Source: Aureliella sp. (GTDB taxonomy: Bacteria > Planctomycetota > Planctomycetia > Pirellulales > Pirellulaceae). From it: a stretch of 64,000 nucleotides of DNA. The translations under genes and the position numbers were made by a program. Under the pieces are notes generated by a model. The model was not told the DNA's origin and did no database searches. It saw only the letters and a list, made by a program, of their open reading frames with translations. Numbering within the stretch: the first letter of the stretch is position 1; every line of letters starts with the position of its first letter. The DNA is taken from assembly GCA_963691875.1 (NCBI GenBank), contig OY829846.1, forward strand, positions 2,144,001 to 2,208,000. Reading direction: 5' to 3'. Positions 39,509 through 48,879 of this stretch are shown here, piece after piece.

Positions 39509-40744
39509 CTAAAATCGGCGACGGTCTTTGGAAGTGTCGTAAACACTCGCACCGTCGATGAATACTTGCTTGACGTGATTCCGTGGATCCACGATTGAAC
39601 CTGTTGTGATCAGGATGTCTGCATCCTTGCCGGGTTCCAATGATCCTACGCGATCATCAATCATCAGCGCCTTGGCAACTTCGATAGTCAGTCCGTCCAC
39701 TGCGTCTTCTTCATTCCAGCCGTATCGCACAGCCATGGTTGCTTGGAAAGCCAATTCTTCCTGAGGAATCACCGGTGCATCCGTGTTAACTCCGAGCCAA
39801 GTGATACCGCGTTCAGCGTACTCAGCCACGATTCCTTTGATCTGTCCATCTTCGGGCTCATAGCGGAAACCGCGTGGCCCAGCCATAACAGGAATGTTTC
39901 GCTTGATGATCTCGTCACTGATTTTGTAGCTGTCGAAGGTCCCGTGATCGATAACGACCTTCAGATTCATCTCATCGTGCAGGATACGCAAAGTCGACTG
40001 AACGACTTGGTACGCCTGCGTGTGAACGACGACTGGGATTTCCTGGCGGAAGAGCGGCTTGAAGTACTCGAGTCGCAAGTTGACCTTTGGCTTGGTTTCT
40101 ATCCGTCCTGCTTTGAAGTCATCCCACTGGCGAACGTACAAGCGGCCTTCTTCGAGTTGCTGGCGAATTACGTAGTTCATTCCCATCCGGCCAGAACCGA
40201 CTTCGCCACCGCGTCGTTCCGGGTTACCCGACTGAGCGATCTTGAGAACGCCAGGTGCTCGTATAATGACATCCTTCGCCTTGCCAGGACCAGTCTTCAT
40301 CAAGGTGCCCCAGCCCCCCATGTTGGTTCCACTACCAGGTATGTAGCAAATAGTGGTCACTCCTCCTGCGATCGCTCGCTTGAGGTCGTCATTATGAGGA
40401 ATGATTTGGTCCCAGTTCCGGAGTTCTGGGTTGGTCTGATACACCATTTCGTTCAAGTCGCCGGAACCGCCGACGTGCGAGTGAGCCTCAATCAGCCCGG
40501 GCATCGCAAAGCAATTCTTGTGCGTAATCTCTTCGTAGCCCTCAGGCACTTTGATATCTTTGGTTTTGCCAACCGCTTCGATCTTGCCACCAGAAACGAG
40601 AATCGTGCCATTGATGATTGGATCACCAGCAGAGGTAATCACCTTGGCGACGTGAATCGCGTACTTCGGCTTTTCATCTGCCACCGCCACGCTGGAAACG
40701 GCTGCGAGCAAAGCAATCGAAAATGTGGTTTGAAGAAAACGCAT
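39509..40744 (-). CDS. Secreted metal-dependent amidohydrolase with an intact binuclear site (operon gene 5)
   Basis: PGLIEAHSH, LKIA (carbamylatable Lys), VVVH, IDH and NTDAP all present; signal peptide MRFLQ…AVA|DEK. Confidence 0.92.
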   Translation of the reverse strand: MRFLQTTFSIALLAAVSSVAVADEKPKYAIHVAKVITSAGDPIINGTILVSGGKIEAVGKTKDIKVPEGYEEITHKNCFAMPGLIEAHSHVGGSGDLNEMVYQTNPELRNWDQIIPHNDDLKRAIAGGVTTICYIPGSGTNMGGWGTLMKTGPGKAKDVIIRAPGVLKIAQSGNPERRGGEVGSGRMGMNYVIRQQLEEGRLYVRQWDDFKAGRIETKPKVNLRLEYFKPLFRQEIPVVVHTQAYQVVQSTLRILHDEMNLKVVIDHGTFDSYKISDEIIKRNIPVMAGPRGFRYEPEDGQIKGIVAEYAERGITWLGVNTDAPVIPQEELAFQATMAVRYGWNEEDAVDGLTIEVAKALMIDDRVGSLEPGKDADILITTGSIVDPRNHVKQVFIDGASVYDTSKDRRRF

Positions 40745-40793
40745 AACAATTGTTTTTATGGTGTGAGGGGGATCGTCAAAGGCTTTATGCATC

Positions 40794-43496
40794 TTATTGC
40801 TCCTTCTCGTATACCCACTTGCCATCAATCATCACCGCCAGCACTTCTGTACTGAGTTCGAGAGGTGATCCGCTAAGAATGACCAAGTCAGCATCGTTGC
40901 CCTCGGCCAAGCTACCGATCTTCTCCAGCCCAAAGAACTCGATGGGCGAAGTCGTCAGCGCCTGCAATGCGTCTCCTCGTCCGAGTCCTTGGAAGACAGC
41001 GTAGGAAATCGCGTTGGGCAATTCTTGAACACCAGTGTTTGCTCGGGATTGAAACCCAAAGGGCACGCCAGCCACTGCAAGCTCTGCGGGATAGTTAACC
41101 AGCTTGCCTTCGCTCGTGCCGACCAAGCCTGGTCCAACAACGACGAACACATCATTGTCGCGAAGCAATTTGCTCTTCTCTGCAGCCACTGAGCTAGCGA
41201 CTACAGCTGTTTTGATTTTAAATTCTTTGCGGACCAGCTTCACAACGACGTCCGCCGCCTTGCTGTCGCTGATTTCGACCATGGCAGCCAGTGTGCCTCC
41301 GAACAGTCCGCGATAAGGTTCCATCGTGGAGCTAGCGCGTGGCTTCTTCGGAGCGGTCGGTTTCTTGGGCTCTTTCAACTCAGGCGTGGCTTTTGCAGCT
41401 TCGCCTTCCTTCGCCTTTTCGTCCTTGGCGGGCTCTTTCTTTCCAGTCCCGACGTCCTTCTTTTCTGGAGTGGCCTCCTTCTTCACCTCAGGCTTGGGCG
41501 CTGGTGTTGGGACAGGCTTCGGAGTTGGTTTATCGCCAGATTCCTTCTTTTCAGGAGTAGGCGTGCCTGCCTTGCTTGCCTCAGTTTTCTTGGCTTCGTC
41601 CGCTTTCTTTTTGGCTTCTTCAGCCTTCTTTTTATCCTCAGCCGCCTTCTTAGCAGCGTCATATTTCTTCTTGGCTTCCTCGTAGACCTTCAACTCTTTC
41701 TGGTACTCAGCGTACTTTGCATCATAAGCCGTCCAAGCATCGGCATATGCCTTGCCACTAGTGAGCGTCTTGCGGAAAGTCTCTTCTGCCGCAGTGAGAT
41801 TTCCGCGTATGGAAAACCGAATCGCGACCGGATCTTTCAGTACTCGAGGCTGATCAGTCAACTTGAATGCCATGACTGGGCCTGGTGCTCGACTTGAACT
41901 CAGCAATGCAGTTGTGACACCGCCTTGTCGCGCGAGAGCAACTTGACTGTCGTCTCGGGCAAGATAGGTCTCGACATTGCTTCCCAGGGTCACGGATGGA
42001 GCTGTGCCTCCGGTACCTACGGAAACGCCACAGTCGAACATACCCGGAACAATCACCGCACCCGAATAATCCTTGATGATCGCATCGGGACGACTCGATA
42101 TTTCTGAGCCGATCCCTGAGATCTTGCCGTCTGCGACACCAACGCTGGCGTTTTCGACGATACCATTCGGTGTGTACACCGAGGCAGCATGGATGGTGTA
42201 GGAAGTAGTAGTCTTCGGAGAATCAGCTTCCCCTCTTTCGTAAACCGATCTGCCACCAGAATAGGTCGCCAAAACACGGCCGTTCAAGTTCGTGCCCGAC
42301 ATCGCTACAAAGTCGGCGAAACAGCCCGGCTGCAAAGAGCCAACTTGTTTCTCGACTCCGAGGATACGAGCCGGATTGGCGGTCAGCATACTAAGGATCT
42401 GTGTCTTGGAGATCCCACTGCGACCGAGAATCGAAGAGGTGAAAAGCAATTGCTGGAGTTCACTGTCGGTCGCCGCGTGCAACGCGATGCGTTCCCCAGC
42501 ACCGGCATCGATTAATTGTTTGACGCGAGTCCAAACCGGGGTTGGCTTCTTGCTGCCTTCACGTGGAACCGCTGGATTGTTGATTCGTCCTGGGCTCAAC
42601 TCTGGATTGACAATGATGCCCCGCATTTGAGGCGACTGGCATACCGAAGGTTTCGCGATGGCGTCAACTTCGACTGGATCAACCAGGATCCAAGAAAGTT
42701 TAAATTGCTTTGACAAAGCCAGCGCAGCATTGGATTCCGCATTGTTGCGTACATCCCACCGAACTGGAGTTCGGTCGCTGAGCAAACTAGCGAGTGCGCT
42801 AAGGCCGAGGTCTTCCGAGTCAGCCGAGACAGCTGCCTCGGCAAACAACGCTTCTAGGCCGACACGAGCTTGCGAAAGACTAGTCGCTAGCTGAGGACGC
42901 GTAGGCTCTAGCGGTCGATCTACCGAGACAGCACCAACTGGCGGCTCGTAGATACTCGCTGGACGAAACTCATTAGCGTTCAAATTGATCAGCAAACTAT
43001 CGGTGTCGATGACGATGTGCTCGCCAGGCTCGGCACCGAGACGAACTACTCCGCCCTGGCCTGCGACCAGCTTACTACCGCTCGGAGAGACTTGTACACA
43101 AGTGATTCCGGCAGCCAACAGCCGTTCGTAATCGTCAAAAGGATCAAACCCATCCACGGCTCTGACTTCGGGACTGATCGAGTATGGATCGCTACCGAAA
43201 GAGCCACCCATGCTGGTTTGAGCAATGACCATGCCGGGCATTAAAGTGACTTCGCCCAGTTCGTGCGTCACTGCCGCTGCTGGAACTTTGACTTTTCCGC
43301 GAACGCCAACTTCGGCGATCTTTCCGTCGGTCACGACCATTACGCCATTATCGATCGCTTCTCCCTGGCCTGACCAAATCGCGGCAGCATAGAAAGCATG
43401 CGTGTCAGCGCTGGCACCGCAGGCGGCGCCAAATATCAGCGAGCAGGCGAGGCACAGCAGGGCGCTTCGCCGGAGTTTCCAATTCAATTCATGCAT
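40794..43496 (-). CDS. Secreted protein with two tandem degenerate amidohydrolase domains (operon gene 4)
   Basis: MPGMVIAQT and VPGMFDCGV (no HxH); two GSL..G..AD C-terminal motifs; Lys/Pro/Glu-rich insert. Confidence 0.88.
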   Translation of the reverse strand: MHELNWKLRRSALLCLACSLIFGAACGASADTHAFYAAAIWSGQGEAIDNGVMVVTDGKIAEVGVRGKVKVPAAAVTHELGEVTLMPGMVIAQTSMGGSFGSDPYSISPEVRAVDGFDPFDDYERLLAAGITCVQVSPSGSKLVAGQGGVVRLGAEPGEHIVIDTDSLLINLNANEFRPASIYEPPVGAVSVDRPLEPTRPQLATSLSQARVGLEALFAEAAVSADSEDLGLSALASLLSDRTPVRWDVRNNAESNAALALSKQFKLSWILVDPVEVDAIAKPSVCQSPQMRGIIVNPELSPGRINNPAVPREGSKKPTPVWTRVKQLIDAGAGERIALHAATDSELQQLLFTSSILGRSGISKTQILSMLTANPARILGVEKQVGSLQPGCFADFVAMSGTNLNGRVLATYSGGRSVYERGEADSPKTTTSYTIHAASVYTPNGIVENASVGVADGKISGIGSEISSRPDAIIKDYSGAVIVPGMFDCGVSVGTGGTAPSVTLGSNVETYLARDDSQVALARQGGVTTALLSSSRAPGPVMAFKLTDQPRVLKDPVAIRFSIRGNLTAAEETFRKTLTSGKAYADAWTAYDAKYAEYQKELKVYEEAKKKYDAAKKAAEDKKKAEEAKKKADEAKKTEASKAGTPTPEKKESGDKPTPKPVPTPAPKPEVKKEATPEKKDVGTGKKEPAKDEKAKEGEAAKATPELKEPKKPTAPKKPRASSTMEPYRGLFGGTLAAMVEISDSKAADVVVKLVRKEFKIKTAVVASSVAAEKSKLLRDNDVFVVVGPGLVGTSEGKLVNYPAELAVAGVPFGFQSRANTGVQELPNAISYAVFQGLGRGDALQALTTSPIEFFGLEKIGSLAEGNDADLVILSGSPLELSTEVLAVMIDGKWVYEKEQ

Positions 43497-43499
43497 GAC

Positions 43500-44876
43500 C
43501 TACTCCGCCTTGGGTGCCAAGAGACGCTGCAGTTTCTCATCTTCAGTACGGTCGTAGACAACTTCGCCGCCAACGATCGTGTGCTCGACCCAAGTTGTGA
43601 TGTCGAGAGGTTCGCCAGTCAGGATCACCAAATCGGCTTCCTTGCCGACTTCTATTGATCCCACCAACTTGTCGATTCCCAGCAGCTTTGCAGGCTCAAT
43701 TGTCAACGCTGCCAATGCATCTTTTTCACTCGTGCCATGCTTCACGGCGGTGGCGGCTTGATACCAGAAGTAGCTTGAGCCGACGGTGCCGCGAGTGCTC
43801 GCTCCACTGACTTGAAAGATGAAAGGTACCATGGCTTCGCGATAGATCTGTGGAATGATAACCTTCTCATCTTCGCGGGTGCGAGGATTTGTCTCCCAGT
43901 AGACCAATGTTGGATCCAAGATGACGGCTTGACCTTGGTCGGAGAGCAACTTGGCTGCTTTGTGGCATCGCTGTCCGAGCACGAAGATCGGCTTCAGGTT
44001 GTAGTCTTTCACCAACTTCAGAGCAGAGGGCACATCCATTGCTTGTTCACAGTACAGGTAAGCTGGCATCTCGCCTTGCACGACAGCCATCAGTGCCTTC
44101 ATGCCTTCGTCTGCGGCTGTAGGTGCGGTTGGTGTAGCTGACGCGGTGGCAGGCTTTGCGGCCGCCTTCGGATCTGCTTTCTCTCCGTCTTGGCTGTCAT
44201 CTTCCTTATTTGCTTCCGGCTTCTTTTCAGCCCCTTTGTCGTCTTTTTTCGCTACTTCTTTCTTGTCAGCTTCCTTCTCGTTCTCGACTTCCTTGACGGC
44301 CTTGTCAAGTTCCTTACGAAGGCGTGCCAATTGGCTCATGCGACTGCCCGAAACGGGGCGAAGCGAGATCTTCAGAGCGGAGTCCCGACGCACGATCATG
44401 TCATTGACGTATTGGCCAGCCGTCTTGACGATCGCTGCCTTGCCGCCGATCAGTGTACTGTTGCCGGGCACGACGGCCGCAGATGTGATTCCGTTGCGGC
44501 GACACTCTTCGAAGTAGTTCGCGATCGGATCAATCGAGTCAACCACGGACAGGAACGGCACCACCGAGTTCTGCTCGTTGGCTTGGCTCATGCCCGCGGA
44601 ATTGTGCGCGTCAATGAAACCGGGCATGACGACCTTACCTTCGCCATCAATCACCAAAGCTTCGCCGGGCACTTCGACATTTTCTCCGACGGCTTCGATA
44701 ATACCATCGCGAATCAGGATCGTTCCCTTTTCGATGATCTCACCGGAAACCGTGATGATCTTGGCATTCTGAATGGCCAGCGGCCCCGCCGCACTCGCCA
44801 CATTTGCCGCGACAAGACAAAGTGCGATGCAGGACAAACGTGTCAAACATTGAGTCCTGAGAGTTGCGAAACGCAT
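43500..44876 (-). CDS. Secreted amidohydrolase-like protein, partly degenerate (operon gene 3)
   Basis: MPGFIDAHN (one His only); Lys retained; later His/His/Asp ligands absent; GSIEVGKEAD. Confidence 0.88.
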   Translation of the reverse strand: MRFATLRTQCLTRLSCIALCLVAANVASAAGPLAIQNAKIITVSGEIIEKGTILIRDGIIEAVGENVEVPGEALVIDGEGKVVMPGFIDAHNSAGMSQANEQNSVVPFLSVVDSIDPIANYFEECRRNGITSAAVVPGNSTLIGGKAAIVKTAGQYVNDMIVRRDSALKISLRPVSGSRMSQLARLRKELDKAVKEVENEKEADKKEVAKKDDKGAEKKPEANKEDDSQDGEKADPKAAAKPATASATPTAPTAADEGMKALMAVVQGEMPAYLYCEQAMDVPSALKLVKDYNLKPIFVLGQRCHKAAKLLSDQGQAVILDPTLVYWETNPRTREDEKVIIPQIYREAMVPFIFQVSGASTRGTVGSSYFWYQAATAVKHGTSEKDALAALTIEPAKLLGIDKLVGSIEVGKEADLVILTGEPLDITTWVEHTIVGGEVVYDRTEDEKLQRLLAPKAE

Positions 44877-44878
44877 AA

Positions 44879-46099
44879 CTATTTCTCTTCTTTATTTCCG
44901 TAGATGTTTCCGCGAAGCATTGTCCATTCCACTCGAGAAGTTGGCTTGAGCGGATCACCACTAAGTGCGACCAAGTCAGCTTGTTTGCCAACTTCGATCG
45001 ATCCAATTTCCTTATCCAGGTTCAAAATCTTTGCCGGATGCAAAGTAATGCTCATTAGGGCTTGGTCAGCTGGCAGGCCATAGCGAACGGCAAATCTAGC
45101 CTGATCTAGCAGGTTGCTTCCCGCCAAACAGAACGTAATTCCAGCTTCGTGCATTTGCCCCGGTACATTCCACCTGAGTTCGGTGCCTTCCGAACCACGC
45201 AAGCGAGAGCTCGAAGTGGTCAGAGCTGTATACACCAAGCTAGCGTGACTTTCCTTGAAGGTATCGAGCATGCGATAGACTTCGTCACCACCATAAATCG
45301 TTGGCTTGAAGTTGTACTGATCGCCAAGTTCCAGGGCGGAACGAATGTCGTAATCCATTCGGCTGACGGAGAGGACTGACATCTTTCCAGCCACGATCCC
45401 TTCGAGCACATGTTGTGTCTTGGGATCAACGCCGAGGATGCTACCTTTGTTTTTTGCTTGGTGTAAGGCGTTACGTACGATCCAGACAACCCCCATGCGA
45501 TTGGTCGGCTGTCGGACGTAAATGCTGTCCGGTCGTGAACGCGAGCGATTGCCGGAAGCGGGATCGCTACAAATGGCGATTACCACACCCTTCTCACCAT
45601 CAAGAAGCTGCGCTTCCCCCGCCGTTTTGACGACACAAGCGAAACCGGAAAAGACGCTCTCTGTTTCAGGCAAAATCTGAATCGTTGTTACGCCTTCGTC
45701 TAGTGCTTCGGCGAATTGCCGAGAGCTCCAGTCGACCGAGCGAGCCGTGGCGAAGTCAGGTGTAATCTCACGAGAGACTTCCGCAGCACGATTGCCAAGT
45801 CCTGTGCTGCCTGCCGCATTGATAAGGCCTGGGATCAAGGTGTCGACTTCGATCTCTGTCGCGCCGCCTTGCACTTGAACCTCTTTGCCGATCGCGACAA
45901 TCTTGCCACCTGCAATCAACACTTGGCCAGGTGCGATTGTTTCACCGCTCGCCGTATGAATGCTCTTCGCTCGAATCAGGATCTGCGAATCATCAGCAGA
46001 AGCTGACTGTGACTGTCCGATCAGACCTGCGAGGCAAAGAGCCAAGCATGCGAGCCGCGACAAGGTTTGGAAGAGGTGTTTCATATTGAGTTTTCTCAC
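44879..46099 (-). CDS. Secreted amidohydrolase-like protein, catalytically degenerate (operon gene 2)
   Basis: IPGLINAAG (no HxH), GVTT, PTNRMG and GSIEVGKQAD; GTG start overlaps the upstream TGA with a GGAGGGG RBS (alternative ATG 46084). Confidence 0.88.
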   Translation of the reverse strand: MRKLNMKHLFQTLSRLACLALCLAGLIGQSQSASADDSQILIRAKSIHTASGETIAPGQVLIAGGKIVAIGKEVQVQGGATEIEVDTLIPGLINAAGSTGLGNRAAEVSREITPDFATARSVDWSSRQFAEALDEGVTTIQILPETESVFSGFACVVKTAGEAQLLDGEKGVVIAICSDPASGNRSRSRPDSIYVRQPTNRMGVVWIVRNALHQAKNKGSILGVDPKTQHVLEGIVAGKMSVLSVSRMDYDIRSALELGDQYNFKPTIYGGDEVYRMLDTFKESHASLVYTALTTSSSRLRGSEGTELRWNVPGQMHEAGITFCLAGSNLLDQARFAVRYGLPADQALMSITLHPAKILNLDKEIGSIEVGKQADLVALSGDPLKPTSRVEWTMLRGNIYGNKEEK

Positions 46100-48879
46100 T
46101 GCTGCCCCTCCGATGTAACCAACTTGCCATCGACGATGACTGCCAGCGGTTTGGCGGAGAGGTCGAGTGGCGAAGTAGACCAAACGACCAAGTCTGCGGC
46201 ATTGCCAGCCGCAATTCCTGAAGTGTGTACGTAGCCATCCAGCCCGTGGCAGAGTGCTGCCAGGGCACGCCGGACATTCATTCCGCGTGCGACAGCTTGG
46301 CTCGCAAGCAGACGCAATTGTTCTGCGTTCTCACCTGAGAAGGCGACCGGAATCCCCTTGGCGTCCGCTTCGACGAGTTCGTCCAGGTACCAGTCATAGT
46401 TGGTAGGCCCTAAAGGAGAGGCGATCACTCGCATTCCGAGCTTTTTCAACTCTGGCATAAAGTTCTTCAACTCGCGGCCACCCATCAAGCTGGCTTTTAG
46501 TCCGAACGATTGAACGAGCTCCAACGCACCGCGAATTTCCGCAGGATCATTGGCCACGATCAGTGCGGGCGTCTTACCAGTCTTTATTGCCTTGAGGCCG
46601 GCAAGACGCCGCTTCTCCAAGCGAGCTACCACTGCGTCAGGAAGATAAAGCCTAGTATCAAGTAACTCGCCAGCAAAACTCTGATCAATAAATTGCAACT
46701 GTCCAGCAAGGCTAGACGGAAATCTACTTGTCGAACGGGACGCACCGGACAGAACCAACTTCGCCGCTGCAATTTCTTGAGCAACGGGCTCGTCGGCTCC
46801 CACACGAATCATGCTAGCTGAGCCTGCCATTGGATTGCTATCGCCAGGTGTAAGTACAACGTGCAGCAAGCCTGAGTCGAGCAAGCTCTGCTCGCGTGAA
46901 ATACCAGATGTCATTGCATCAGCAGCGACCACGTAAGACGAATCAGGCTGCGAAGATGGATCAACCTGTGAACTCAGCCCCAAGTTCGCCGCGGCGCTAA
47001 AAAGTCCAGGAGTAATCACAGCTGAGCCAAGGTCGATTGCCCCCTTCGGAGCCTTTTTAGCCTTCTTAATCGAGACGATCTTTCCATCCTTGACTCGCAC
47101 AACAGCTGGAGTCATGTCTCCACTTGAGACAAGACAACGTGAAGAAAAAAGCTGGTAGTTTGAAGGTAAGTTTTCCAGGCCTGAAACATCGCTGGCTATG
47201 TCGCTGCCTTCCTGAACTTCGACATCGCGTGAAACGATCTGTTTCCCGGCAACCCAGACACGGGTAATGGGACTAGAGGAATCGGTGGGGCTTCCGCCGA
47301 AGGCTACTAAGTCGGCCCGCTTGCCTTCCGCAACCGTGCCTAGCTTGTCCGACAAGCCTAACACCCTGGCTGCGTCGCTTGTGACCGCAGCCAAGGCACG
47401 CTCGGGCGAAACTCCATGAGCGATCGCTGATGAAACGTGACTCCGCAGCAGTCGTGATCCGCGGCCACTTGTGGCGCGTGAGGCAATCAGCAAACTGCCT
47501 TCATATTCCTTCAGGAATCGCGACCAGACACGGGCACTGTCAGGATTGGTGGCGTAGCCGGTCGCCGACTTGAGCCATGGGCCCAGTACAACGGGACTGC
47601 CTGCTTTCAATACATCAGCTTCAGCCGTGCCGAGATTCGTGAGCCCAGTCAGCACGATTTGAAGTTTGGCAAAGTCCTTTAGCAACTTCATCGCGTAATA
47701 AGCGTCATCTGCTTTGTGAATCTCAAGCCGCAAAGGCAACTTACCGTCGAGTACGAGTAACAGTTTTTCCTTTGTGGGATCTACATCTGGCTTTGTGGGC
47801 GGTTTCTTTGCAGGAGCTGCTTTTGCAGCGGCAGCCTTGGCAGCATCGGAAGAGCTGCTAGACGAAGCAGAGCCAGACTTTCCGGCGGCCTGTTGGGCTC
47901 GCATTCGAGCAATCATTGCTGCACGCGGATCCACTGATTTGCTACTCGAGCCAGTCGCTGGTTTTGCAGTCGAAGTCGGTTTCTTACCAGCCGCCTTGGC
48001 CTTCTTTTCTTCCTCTTCCTTCTTCTTGATGTAAGCCTTGTACTCATCCCATTTTTTCTTGTAAGCCTTAGCGTCGTCAAAGGCTTTCTTCGTACGAGCA
48101 TATTGCTGAGATCGCAATTGATTGTTCGAAGCACCCGAGCCTAACGAAGCTTGCATCGCAGTGGATGCAGACAGTACTTCAACGCTGCTGTCGTCCCTTG
48201 GCACCACGGACAAGACGATTCCGCTACCACCAAGCGTGCTACGACTACTCGGCTGCACATAAACGCTCGTGACCCCGTGAGAGACCACTTCATTCCAGTC
48301 ATCGGAGAATGCGTCGACACCGTCCAACAACTTGAGTGATCCGTCGGAGGCCGTCGTGCCTGCGGAAGCAGAAGTCATCCAAAGTTTGCTATCACTATCG
48401 ATCCAGCCAGGAGACAACTGCTGACCAGTCGCGTCAACCTTGGTCGCTCCTTTAGGAATCTGCAGATCAGCCCCACCGACTTTGAGGATCTTCCCATCCT
48501 GAACAAGGACGACTCCATTCTTGACAACTCCTTGCGCCGTCATCGTATGAACGGTCGCGCCGAAGATGGCTGATATCGGTTTAGGCTTCGGTTTTGGACG
48601 TGGCGGTCTTTCTTCGGGTTTCTTGTCGGAGACTTTCTTGACGCTAGGCTTTGGTTCACCTTTCGCTTCTTCTAGCTTTTCGGCCGTGGCTATTTCATTA
48701 CCCTCGTCCGCCGGCTTTTTTCGTTGCTCTTGTGCGAGGCTCGTGGACGCAGCCCACCAACCCATCGCGGCCGTCAATGCTACGCTCGCCAGAATCGCGT
48801 TTCGTCGAATTTGCAGGCTGTATGATCGGCATCGACGAAACGCGTGCATTGTGGAACCATCCATTAACAAAGTTGCCAA
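46096..48879 (-). CDS. Secreted protein with two tandem degenerate amidohydrolase domains (operon gene 1)
   Basis: SPGWIDSDS and TPGLFSAAA (no HxH); GTVAEGKRAD and GIAAGNAAD; signal peptide; start uncertain (48879/48864/48849). Confidence 0.88.
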   Translation of the reverse strand: MATLLMDGSTMHAFRRCRSYSLQIRRNAILASVALTAAMGWWAASTSLAQEQRKKPADEGNEIATAEKLEEAKGEPKPSVKKVSDKKPEERPPRPKPKPKPISAIFGATVHTMTAQGVVKNGVVLVQDGKILKVGGADLQIPKGATKVDATGQQLSPGWIDSDSKLWMTSASAGTTASDGSLKLLDGVDAFSDDWNEVVSHGVTSVYVQPSSRSTLGGSGIVLSVVPRDDSSVEVLSASTAMQASLGSGASNNQLRSQQYARTKKAFDDAKAYKKKWDEYKAYIKKKEEEEKKAKAAGKKPTSTAKPATGSSSKSVDPRAAMIARMRAQQAAGKSGSASSSSSSDAAKAAAAKAAPAKKPPTKPDVDPTKEKLLLVLDGKLPLRLEIHKADDAYYAMKLLKDFAKLQIVLTGLTNLGTAEADVLKAGSPVVLGPWLKSATGYATNPDSARVWSRFLKEYEGSLLIASRATSGRGSRLLRSHVSSAIAHGVSPERALAAVTSDAARVLGLSDKLGTVAEGKRADLVAFGGSPTDSSSPITRVWVAGKQIVSRDVEVQEGSDIASDVSGLENLPSNYQLFSSRCLVSSGDMTPAVVRVKDGKIVSIKKAKKAPKGAIDLGSAVITPGLFSAAANLGLSSQVDPSSQPDSSYVVAADAMTSGISREQSLLDSGLLHVVLTPGDSNPMAGSASMIRVGADEPVAQEIAAAKLVLSGASRSTSRFPSSLAGQLQFIDQSFAGELLDTRLYLPDAVVARLEKRRLAGLKAIKTGKTPALIVANDPAEIRGALELVQSFGLKASLMGGRELKNFMPELKKLGMRVIASPLGPTNYDWYLDELVEADAKGIPVAFSGENAEQLRLLASQAVARGMNVRRALAALCHGLDGYVHTSGIAAGNAADLVVWSTSPLDLSAKPLAVIVDGKLVTSEGQQ

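Noticed and set aside
39743..40855. 370-aa plus-strand ORF, and similar antisense ORFs at 37352-38068, 44190-44903, 23517-24170 and 50879-51571
   Set aside because: They lie antisense to well-supported genes and have no recognisable motifs; they are shadow ORFs caused by codon bias
42555..42570. parS-like GCCTTCACGTGGAACC
   Set aside because: Several mismatches to the palindromic consensus, and it lies inside a CDS far from parAB
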